Source: Neovahlkampfia damariscottae (lineage: Eukaryota). Taken from it: a stretch of DNA of 34,873 nucleotides. The notes beneath the pieces are model-generated. The model was not told the DNA's origin, ran no database searches, and worked only from the letters and a program-made list of their open reading frames with translations. The position numbers and the translations under genes were made by a program. Shown here in pieces: positions 24,547 to 34,873 of this stretch (within the stretch, counting starts at the first letter, position 1; each line of letters opens with the position of its first letter). The stretch spans positions 1-34,873 of the forward strand of contig JABLTG010000190.1 of assembly GCA_016618085.1 (NCBI GenBank), read 5' to 3'.

Positions 24547-25472
24547 ATGGAAAGAGAAACAAAACAAATGGTTGATTCATCAACTCAAACAAATCAAATG
24601 TATCTTGAAAAACCAAAAATTGAAAGGTATTCAATTTCAGATATTGTATCAGCAGGAAGAACACAAACATCTTCTGGTAGAAAAGTGAAAAGAAGTAATT
24701 ATATTGAAAATAGTTCAGATGATGAAGAAATATATCCTTCAAAAAGAAGAAAAAGTGTAAAAAATGAAAAGATTATTGGTACATGTATTCCTGTATTTAG
24801 AATACCATATGTAAGAATTAACACATTATTTGAATAATAAATAGGTTATGCAAAATTTAGGTATTTTTCATATTGTTTTTAAAATACATTTTAGAAACAT
24901 GTTTAAAAGATCACACAGAAAAATATGAAGAAATATTTGATTTTTATTCAATTGAAACATTATTATTAAATTGTTCATTGGATGTTTATTCATTCAAAAA
25001 TGAAAATGAATTATTTGGTAAAATAACAATAAATATTGATTGAATAGAATTTGTAAAAACAACAGTATTAGATACAGATGAATTTAAAATAAAAAGAAAA
25101 AATATTTGGAATAATCCGATACCACAACCATCTTATGATGAAGAAAATGATAAAAAAGTGATTGAAGCATATAATGATTTAATAAATTCAGAAGAAAATC
25201 AAAAATTAGGATATTGGAAAAGTAATTCAACAAAAATGAAAATTTGGAATAAAGAAGATTGGAAAAAATTTGAAGAAGCATATAAATTATATCCTGATTC
25301 TGCTCATTCAAATAGATTAATTAGTTTAAAAATGGGTTCAGGTGTACATCCAAATCATGTTGCACATTATAAAAAAATATATAAAAAGAATATAAAATTA
25401 GGATTAAATCCTATTGAAGAAATAGATGACTCAATAAATGACCCTAATTCAACCAATGAAAATGAAGAATAA
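24547..25472 (+). CDS. Protein with a C-terminal Myb/SANT-like domain (multi-exon)
   Basis: WNKEDWKKFEEAYKLYP...NRLISLKMG..VHPNHVAHY matches the SANT helix pattern. NLS-like PSKRRK. Confidence 0.6.
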
Positions 25473-25511
25473 TAATAACCCATCAATGTTCACACAATAA
25501 ATTAATAATAA

Positions 25512-28500
25512 TTAAAATATATTTCCATCTTTATTTTGATAAATTGCATTTCCATTTAAATCAATTAAATCTTTTTTTAATGTGATACCCTTTAAATTAT
25601 TTGTAATCACATTTTTTTTTAATTTTGCTTTTGAATTTTCTGTTGAGAATAGAATGCCGTTTTTATTGTTTGAATGAATTTCACAATTTTTAATTAATAA
25701 TTCACCATCTGATTCAATAAATAAACCATTATTTGAATTATCAAAAATGAATGAATCAAAGATACCAATTTCAGAATGTTCTTTTAATGAAATACCATTT
25801 TCATTATTATTAAAAATATAACTATTTTTAATTACACCTGATGATACACCTTTATAAAATATACCATCTTGAAATGAATTTGATATTTTACAATGATTTA
25901 AATCTGTTACTTGTGAATCATGTACATAAATACCAAATCTACCTCCTTTTAATTCACAATTATCTAATAATAATGAACCTTGTGTTATTGTTAATAATGA
26001 TCTTTCTTTTGATGATGATTTAATTTTTAAATTTTCAAATGAACATGTTGTTCTTGTTTCAAATGAAATAGATGCACCTTCATATAATGATATTGTAACA
26101 TTATGTATACCTTCAATTGAAATACCATGTGTTATTTTTATTGAATTTTCTTCATAAATACCAGGATGTATTTGTATTTTATCTAAAAAACTTGCACTTG
26201 ATACTGCTTCTTCAATAGTTTGATAACATTCAGAATATTGACTTGATTTATTTTTTGAAACAATTATTAATTTTCCTTTTACACTTCTACAAATGGATGC
26301 TTTTCTTAATGAATGTACCCATAATAATAATTCTTCAAATGTATTGGTTGAATAATAATATTTTTCATCATCTTCAATATAAAATATCTAAACAAAAAAA
26401 AAAAAAATTAAAATAATTTAAATTTTGTACAAATGGTTGTTTAAAATTATAAATTTGACATTGATATTTTGTTAAATGAACAATCATATTTGATCTTAAT
26501 TGCATAACTCCATTAGGTTTTTTTAAATATTCTGAAAATCTAACTAATGAAGAATCATTTAATAATAAATATCTTTTTCTCCATATTTTATCTTGTCCTT
26601 GTTTAAATCCCCATGATCCTTTTAAAATATTTGGTTTATTAGATGATGGTGATGCAATTTCAATAGTTGATTCTTTAAATTCATATTTTGATAATGCTTC
26701 TTTTGAATATTTTTTTTGTCTTGAAAGTATTAATTCATCATGTGATTTAATATCTAATATTGTTTGTTCAATATTTTTTGATGACAATAAATTTCGAATT
26801 GGATGTATTTTACTTCCTTTTCTTTGTTTCTTTTCATTCATGATTTTTTGTAAAAAGAATGATCCTTTTCTTAATGGTGCATCTTGTGAATTAATTTGTT
26901 CTCTGAATGGTTCAATAATTTCTTTTGGCAATGCTTTGATATCTTCTTGTTCATTTCTCATTTCTTCTGGAATTATATCTTTAACATTTGGTTCTAATTC
27001 ATTTTCATTAACAGTTTGAAGGAGTGGTTGTTCTACTGCATCTTTGACTTCTTGTTGTTCTCTTTCATTAGCAGCTTGAATAAGACGTTGCTCTTCTTCT
27101 TCTAATCTTTTTAATTCTTCAGCATCTTCAAGTGCTTGTTGTTCTAATTCTTTTTGACGAGCTTCTTGAAGTAATCTTTCTTCTTCTTCTAATCTAGCTA
27201 ATTCTTCTGCATCTTCAAGTCGTTGTTGTTCTCTTAAGCGAGCAGCTTCAAGTAATCTCTCTTCTTCTTCTTCTAATCTTTTTAATTCTTCTGCATCTTG
27301 AAGTGCTTGTTGTTCTAATTCTCTTAAACGAGTAGCTTCAAGTAATCTTTCTTCTTCTTCTTCTAATCTTTTTAATTCTTCTGCATCATTAAGCGCTTGT
27401 TGTTCTAATTCCAATTCTTTTTCACGAGCAACTTGAATAAGACGTTGTTCTTCTTCTTCTAATTTTTTTAATTCTTCAGCATCATCAAGTTGTTGTTGTT
27501 CTCTTAAACGAGCAGCTTCAAGTAATCTTTCTTCTTCTTCTTCTAATCTTTTTAATTCTTCTGCATCATCAAGTTCTTGTTGTTCCAACTCTTTTTGACG
27601 AGTAACTTCAAGTAATCTTTCTTCTTCTTCTTCTAATCTTTTTAATTCTTCTAATTGTTTTTGATGTTCCAATAAGTCTGCTTCTCTTTTTTCATGAGCT
27701 TCTTGAAGTAATCTTTCTTCTTCTTCTTCAAGTTTTGCTAATTCTTCTGCTTGTTGTTTTAATAAATCAGCTTGAGCTTGTTCTAATTTTCTTTCATTTT
27801 CTTCTTGAATCCTTTTTTCTTCTTGTTTTAATTTTATTTCTTTTTCTTCATTTTGAATTCTTTCTTGTTCAAGTTTAAATAATTTATCTGATTGTTCTTT
27901 TTGATCTTGTTGTTCTTGTTGTTTTAAAAGTTGTTGTGCTTTTGATTCTTCAACTTGTTTTAATAATTTTTCTTTTTCTTCTTTTAACTTTTTTGCTTCT
28001 TCATTTAATTTTTCTCTTTCTAATTTTATTCTTTCTTCTTCTTGTTTTGTTTCTTCACTTTTTGTTTGTTCAAGTTGTTTTTTAAAATCATCAAGTTCTT
28101 TTTCATGTTGTTTACGTATTCTTTCTAATTCTAACTCATTTTCTCTTTTTATTTTTTCTAATTCTTCTCTTTCTTTTCTAATTTGATTCAATTCTTCTTT
28201 TTCTTTTTCTATTTTTTCTAATTCTCTTTCTCTTTTTAATTTTTCAAATTCTTCATTTTCTTTTTTTAACCTTTCTAACTCCATTTCATGTTCTTTTTTT
28301 ATTTTATCAAATTCTTCTTTTTCTTTTCTTATCTTTTCTAATTCCATATCTTTTTGTTTTTTTACATATTCTTCATTTTCTTTTCTCATTTTTTCTAATT
28401 CTTCTTGATGTTGTTTTTTAATTTTTTCTAATTCTTCTTTTTCTTTTTGAAATCTTTCTAATTCTGAAATGGAATCATTATTAGTTGTTGAATTTGATGA

Positions 28501-29394
28501 TGACACTGTTGGTTGATTTGGTTGAGTTGATTGGTGAGTTTGAGTTTGATTTTCTTGAGTTTGAGTTTGAATTTGGTTTTCTTTATGAGTTTCTTCTTCT
28601 TTTGGTTGTTCATTTGTTTTTTCAACTTCTTTTGATGATTTCATTTTTTCAACAGCAATTTGATGTTCTTTTTTCATTCTTTCAAATTCTTCCTTTTCTT
28701 TTCTTAATTGTTCAAAAACATCATCCTCTTCAGTTTTGTTTTCTTTTTCTATTTCAATAGTATCTTGGTATTTTTCTTCTTCAATACTTTCTAATAACAT
28801 TTCAGCAGCAGTTTTCTTTTTTGGTGTTTCTTTTTTTTTTGTTTGGACTTGTGTAAAGTTCGGTCTAGGACTCTTTTTAGGTGTTGGACTAATTTGATTT
28901 TGAAATGTTGGAGTATCAATTTGTGGAACATCTGAATGAAGTCCCATTTGTTCTCTTTTTTTCATCCATTCAGGTTTAGACTCTTGTTCAGTTGTTTCTT
29001 TTGGTGGTGGTTTCCACATTGATCCGGATTTTTTTTTTGGAGCCACACCTTCTTGGTCAGTAATTCTTGGTGAAATATTTGGATCTGGTGATTGTGTTGG
29101 TGGTTTTTTTTCCCATTTGGATCTGATGGCTGCAAAATTTTCTACAACTGATTCTTCAGAAATTTCACCAGTTCTTTTTTGAACTGATGCACTGGCATCG
29201 GGTTTTGAATGAACTATACTTTGTGTTTTGACTTTGTACCTTGGTTCAACTTTTGATTTTGACCTTGGTTGAAAACTCGGCTTTGAATCTTGTTCATTCT
29301 TTTGAAATTTTGATCTAAGAGCTTTAATATCGACACCGTTCAGTGCTACACTTTTTCTTTCTTTTTCTTTTTGGAAATTCGGATCCAAACTCAT
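25512..29394 (-). CDS. Large protein: Pro-rich disordered N-terminus, E/K/R-rich helical rod, PH domain, right-handed parallel beta-helix
   Basis: ILKGSWGFKQGQDKIWRKRYLLL...PF|IFYI...EELLLWVHSL (PH, across an intron at ~26389-26430), then YQTIEEAV...IQIHPGIYEE and GI-x-I...N.I..N repeats. Stop at 25512. Confidence 0.8.
27060..27780 (-). repeat. Coding tandem repeat, about 8 units of ~25-30 aa (DAEELKRLEEEEERLLEAARxRExQQxL)
   Basis: Recurring DNA unit ttcttcttctaatctttttaattctt...gcatc. Confidence 0.9.
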
Positions 29395-29581
29395 CGTTGA
29401 GAAAAATGTGTTTGATTGGTTGAATTTGATTTTTCTTTTTTTTGTTATTCTTTTTTTTGTTTTTTTGAAAGTAATCAAATAAAACAAAATGGTATGACGA
29501 TGATGGCATAATATACTTTCAATAGAGTTCTTTGTGCGATATTATAATAAAAACTCGGACATAGAAAACGAACCAATCAAA

Positions 29582-31474
29582 ATGGAAAAAGTCTTCAACG
29601 CACCGAAAAAAAGGAAAGGCACATCATCAAATAATCCAAAAAAAAAGAGCAAATCGAATAATGAAGAAGACTACAGTCAAATTATATCGGAAACGAAAAA
29701 TCTTCCACCTTTTGTTCAAATTGAAACAAAATTTCTTCTTCAAACTGTAATTTTATGGATTCATTAATTTTTTTCAAAGAGAAAAAAATCAAAACCATTT
29801 AATTTGGAAGAAAAGATAGATAAATGGTTAAATTCGGATAATAATACATTTGATTTACTTTCAAATCCTTCATTAATTTCGTTGAAGAATGGAAAAGTAA
29901 AATTAGAAAAATTGTCGATCGAAAATCCACAAAAGAGCCATTTGGAGTCAATGAGAAAAGGATCACTTGAATCAAATACAATCATTCGTTCACCTTCACC
30001 ATCACATTTGAATGTTTTACCACAAAATCCTACAAACGGAAACTATCAAACTGGACCTCCAGGTCCTCCAATTTATGTTAACCAAAGAATGTTATATCAA
30101 TCACCTTCTAAATACAAATCAATTTATTCACCTAATTCAAACCCAAATGTATCACCAATAAACAATAATCAAATGAATTCAAATCAAAATTATCAACAAA
30201 AAAGAATAGGACCACCTTCACCAAATTATCATCAATATTCAAGTCCTTCAAGTTCAAATTTTTATCAAAAAAGTCCAAATTTATCACCACATTATCTTTC
30301 AGATAAATCCAGACAAATGTTATCAAATAATAATACTGGAAGAATTGGAAATAATAATGGAAGTTATTTTTTACCAAAATCACCAACTCGACCAAGATCA
30401 CCAAATATTGTTTTTTCAAATGGATCAAATTTTCAAACAAAAACAAATTTAATTTCAAATCATAATAATTATGGAGTGAAATATGTATTTCCATCCATGT
30501 ATCAAAATTCAACACCTGGATCAAATACATCATTTAATCCTCTTTATCATCAAAATGTATCATACTCACCATCACGTTCACCTTCACCAAATTCAACATC
30601 ACAACAACCATCATCACCAAATTCAACAATTGGAATGAATAACAATAATATAAGTAGTATAACATCATCAAATAGTGTTATAAAGAATAATGGATCAAAT
30701 AGTCATCCAGGTAATACTAATAGTGGTGTTGGTGTTGGTAGTGGTAGTGGAGGTAGTACAAATTATTTACTTTCAACATTAAAACAAAAATCAAAAAAGA
30801 CATCTAATGAACAAATGAAAAAGAGTATTGCAATTCAAAGATTAGAAGATTTTTCATCATTAGAAAAAAAGATATTTTCTAAAATGATATTAGGTAGAGA
30901 TGATGAAGAATATTATAGAGAAATGATTAGTCCATATTCATTAAAGAAATTAAATTCATTTATTAGAAGAGATTTTAAAATTCAAACAAAACAAAAATTA
31001 ATTTTAAATGAATTAAATAAATTTCATTATAATGATGAAATGATGAATATACCAATTGATTTTTGTTATTTAAAAAAGTATCATTTAGAACAAGTAAATA
31101 ATTTAATTAGAAGATTTTATTGGAATTCAATTGATGTTAAAGATTATCTTTTATGTCCTGAAAATACAGTAATTGTATTATATAAGAGATTAGTAATTGG
31201 TTGTGGATTTATTAAAAATGGATATATTCCATTCATTATTTCAATGCCAAATTGGTCTGGAATTGAAAAATATATTTTATATTTTTTAATGAAATCTTCA
31301 TTTAGAGATGAATTTTGTACACATTTAATCATTGATTCATTTAATCATCAAAATATTTTAAATACTTTTTTTGATTTTGGTTTTAAAATTGAAAGTGAAA
31401 TTGAAGATTATTTTTCAAACTTTACTTCAAATATATCCAATCCAAAAGCAATATTTTTAAGAAAAAAATATTAA
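29582..31474 (+). CDS. KAT14: KAT14/CSRP2BP (ATAC2)-like GNAT acetyltransferase with an S/P/N-rich low-complexity N-terminus
   Basis: SPYSLKKLNSFIRRDF, PIDFCYLKKYHLEQVNNLIRRFYWNSIDV, IVLYKRLVIGCGF, FGFKIE and AIFLR match the KAT14 C-terminal domain. One intron at ~29747-29779. Confidence 0.8.
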
Positions 31475-31495
31475 AAAGTTTTAATTTCTTTTTTT

Positions 31496-31944
31496 TTATT
31501 TTTTTTGTTTTGTTTCTAAAATTAAATCAATATTTTTAACTATTCCTTCAATATCATCTTGAATATGTTCAGACCAATTCTCTACATCTCCTAATTCTTT
31601 TATACTTTGATTTAAATTATTAAATAATTGAACCCATTGATTTGCTTGTTTAGAAAACTTTGCACTTTGACTATGTAACTTTTTAGCTTCATTTTCTAAA
31701 ATTTGTTGATTTGAAAATACTTCTACAATTCCTTAAAAAATATATATTAATTTTCTATTTATATTTTAAAACCTTGATTTACTTCAATAACTAAACCTCG
31801 ATTAACTTCTCTTAAATTATCCAATACTTGTTGTCTTTTTTTATCTTGTTGAAATAATTAAAGTATAAAAAAATAGATACCATTTAATTCTTTTAAATGT
31901 TTTTGTTTTTGTTGATGTTCTTTGTACAATCCATTTAAACTCAT
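31496..31944 (-). CDS. BLOC1S1: BLOC-1/BORC subunit 1 (GCN5L1)
   Basis: MSLNGLYKEHQQKQ...VFSNQQILENEAKKL...FSKQANQWV...KELGDVENWSEHIQDDI across 2 introns; not in the ORF track. Confidence 0.9.
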
Positions 31945-32006
31945 TTTTCTTCTTTTTCTCTTATTATCCAATAAGATTGTTTCAAATAAATTGACCATTC
32001 AAAAGG

Positions 32007-34342
32007 ATGAATGATGTTTCTGAATTAATAAATTTTATTAAATTATCAAAACAAGACGAAATAAAATCAGAAAATGAAATAAGAAAATTAATTTTACAAA
32101 ATTCAAAAAATTTAAGTACAAAGAGTCAAGCACTTTTTGAGATTTCGTAAAAACAAAGTAACTAAAATACTTCAATAGAAATCAAATAAAACAAAGTGAA
32201 AATGAATCCAAAGAATTAAATAAATTAATTGAAAATAGTTATCAAATGGCAAAAGAAGTATCAATAAAAGCACAAAAATTACATTTAGTACAAATTCGAG
32301 CTCAAAGTTGTTTAAAGAATGTAGAAGGTCAAATGGGATTAAAAGATTGTGTAAAAGGAGTAAAAGAAGCAATTGAAAAATGTGATTATGAAGAAGCAAC
32401 AAAGTTAGTATCATCTGTTTTAGACTTGGATGAACAAATTGTTATTGAAAAAGAGAATTCAAAATTAATAAAGAAATCAGAATCTGATGTTAAAGAAATG
32501 ATTATAAAAGAATTTAAAAATAGTTTAAAAAATGAAAATGAAAAAGAAAAAGAAAAATTTGCAACTTTACTTTTATCTTTAAAAATTGAAAAAGAAGGTT
32601 TAAATTTATTATTAAATGAAATTAAATTTAAATTTAAAAATGAATTAAATGAAGTATATCAAATATATGAACAAGAGAATGAACAATCCAATGTATCACT
32701 CAATGAACAATCCAATACACCACATAATGTACCACTCAATCTATCACCTAATGAACACGATTCCAATACATTGAATGAAGAAAATATTAATTTTGAACAA
32801 GAATCAATTATTGATTTAATGAAATATATTATTGATTGTTCAGCGTATCATATTGAATCTAATTATTCATTCATTTTAAAATATTTTGGATCATCTCAAA
32901 TTGAATTCTTTTTAAATGATATTTTAATTTTATATGACGAAATATCATTAAAATTATTTAATGAATATGAATCTTTTCATTTTTTAAATTCAATTAAAAA
33001 GAATGAATCAAAAAAGATTGATTATATTTTAGAAGAATTAATGCAATTATTTAATATTTTACAAAATTTTGAAAGATTTATTTTACAATTTAAATATGTA
33101 TGAATTTTATTTCTTTTTTTTTAATATTTCTTTTTTTAGAATTTTAAAAGAGTATCAAAATTTACAAAAAAAGTTGAACATTTTATTGAAATATTTATTG
33201 AATTAGATTATTATTATTTAAGTTATTGTGTAAAAAAGGCAATAGAAATGGATTTAATTGAAGAAGAACAAGATGATGATGATGATGATAATGAATCAGA
33301 TTCAGATGATGATAATTCTGAACATATTTGTTCTTCAATGATTTCTGATTCATTTTATATTTTTAAACAAAATTTAGAAAGAAATATTCAAACAAATAAT
33401 TTAAATATAATTAAAGGTGGTATTGATAATATAATTTCAATTTTAAATGAAAATTTAAAAACTGAAATATCAAATTCAACATTTTCATCATCACAAGGAG
33501 GAGTAGGTATATTAAATAAAATGGTAAATATTATTATTATTATTCTATTAATAAAAAAGATTGGATTGAATAATACAGAATCAATATCTGAATATATAAT
33601 TCATTTAAAAATACAATTTGAAAAATTAATAAAAGATGTAAGTGTTAGTAGTATTGGTGGTGGTGGTAGTGGTGGTGGTGGTGTCAGTATTGGTATTGGT
33701 ATTGGTAATAATAATAGTAATGATGAATCATTTGAAGAAGAAAAAAAAAAGATAAATTTAACATTTACACAAACATCTATTAAATTTAAAGAAATATTAA
33801 AATCAGGAATGAAATATTTAATTAAGAATCATTTTGAAGGATCATTAATGTTTCATTTAGAATCATTTATTGATGTTGATTATAATATTACAGAAAATGG
33901 ATTCTTATTTTATGAAAATAATGATCCTTTAATTAAAAAGTTTATATTTCAATTTGATAAATTATCATTAAATTATAAATCAAAGTTATCTCAAAATAAT
34001 TTTGATTTATTTATTCAAGAATGTGTTTCAATCATCATTTCAAAAATTGAATTAATCATTTTTAAAAAGAGTTTTTCACAATTTGGTGGATTACAATTTG
34101 ATAAAGATATTAGATCTTTAATGATTTTCTTTTCAAATAAAACTCATAAAACGGTTAGGGATAAATTTTTAAGGTTAACTCAAATATCATCTCTACTAAA
34201 AATGTTTAAAATAAATGAAGTTTTAGATTATCAAGGAGAAAATCAAGTATTGACTTGGAGACTAACTCCAAATGAAATTAGAAATGTTTTATATTTGAGA
34301 AATGATTTTTCAAAGGATTCAATAAAGAAATTGAAACTTTAA
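32007..34342 (+). CDS. COG4: Conserved oligomeric Golgi complex subunit 4
   Basis: AKEVSIKAQKL...DYEEA at the N-terminus; C-terminal FSQFGGLQFDKDIRSL...VRDKFLRLTQI...WRLTPNEIRNVLYLRNDF. Confidence 0.92.
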
Positions 34343-34373
34343 AATTTTTATTTTATTTTCAATTTTTCGTTTT

Positions 34374-34470
34374 CCGCTATCTTAAAACTGACTTTTCTGT
34401 TCATTCTGATTAATCAAGGTTTCTTTCGGGATAGGACCGTCGCCAGCAGTACTGGCAGTTTTTGGATTTC
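34374..34470 (-). ncRNA. Candidate Fanzor omegaRNA scaffold 3' part and transposon right end
   Basis: GC-enriched and structured: hairpin GCCAGT-ACT-GCTGGC (34442-34456), CTATC/GATAG (34430-34434 with 34377-34381), AAAC..TGATT/AGTCA-GTTT. Ends in CGG before AT-rich host DNA. Confidence 0.5.
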
Positions 34471-34873
34471 CAATAAAATTTTGTATATTCATCAGAAATA
34501 TATTTCTTGCTCCATTATAATCTCTTGGAAGAGAAAAATTACAATATTTACAATTGAAATAATCTTTTTTTCCAAGTTTCCAATCTATTTTTCCACATGA
34601 TCCACATGTACAACTGGTATAATGTTCTGAAACTTCATGTACTTGAACAGAATCTTTTTGAGCAAGGTGTTTTAGTGTTTGACGAAATTGAAAATGAGAC
34701 CAATGAAGCATTTTTCTCACTGTTGTACTATGAATTTTTCTTTCCTATTTTTTAATCATTCCTTTGACTGGAAATTTTGAAATCAAAATTTCATCATTAT
34801 TTTCACAAAGATCTTTGGAAACACTTTTATGAAATGCTTCTTTCAATCCTTGAATTCGGTTTTGATATTTTTG
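34382..34873 (-). pseudogene. Fanzor2/IS607-TnpB-like RuvC nuclease, C-terminal part, with an in-frame TAG at 34745-34747 (5' end outside window)
   Basis: RIQGLKEAFHKSVSKDLCENNDEILISKFPVKGMIKK*ERKI...MLHWSHFQFRQTL...VSEHYTSCTCGSCG...FNCKYC...RDYNGARNIFL: zinc ribbon, RuvC-III Asp and Fanzor-type shifted Glu. Confidence 0.88.

Noticed and set aside
27060..27780. Regularly spaced repeats resembling a CRISPR array
   Set aside because: They are in-frame coding repeats with related inter-repeat sequence, and there are no cas genes.
1727..32414. Many short antisense or overlapping ORFs in the track (e.g. 1727, 5059, 6366, 15565, 17281, 22458, 28485, 30132, 32172)
   Set aside because: Shadows of real genes on the other strand or frame, F/L/I-rich and without motifs.
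34745..34747. Stop-codon reassignment or readthrough explaining the Fanzor TAG
   Set aside because: Other apparent internal stops in the window are removed by GT-AG introns and conserved genes end at ordinary TAA/TGA; a nonsense mutation or read error is simpler.

Overview
A very AT-rich, gene-dense eukaryotic (protist) chromosome end using the standard genetic code. The overall style suggests a heterolobosean/Discoba-type amoeba, but that is inference. It opens with a (CCCAAA)n array (TTTGGG-type telomere) that decays into ~1.4 kb of gene-free subtelomere. About 21 tightly packed genes follow, many split by tiny 27-45 nt GT-AG introns: PTGES2-like, degenerate GT-A-like protein, CDO, SDHAF2, mevalonate kinase, a putative transcription factor, a receptor-like transmembrane RING E3 ligase, YKT6, two hypotheticals, RPB5, PP2C, eIF5A, PIKfyve/Fab1, CCDC25, PAK1IP1/MAK11, ATG8, BTB-BACK, Myb-like, coiled-coil/PH/beta-helix, KAT14-like, BLOC1S1 and COG4. 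The window ends inside a Fanzor2/IS607-TnpB-like nuclease gene with an in-frame stop and a candidate omegaRNA/right end. Highlights: (1) a single-pass receptor with a cytoplasmic RING visible only after manual splicing; (2) a 2-nt micro-exon needed to rebuild PTGES2; (3) the Fanzor2 remnant; (4) a CCAATCA box in most promoters, including 37-64 nt bidirectional ones; (5) telomere-like repeats inside coding sequence. All gene models were spliced by eye and no database search was run.
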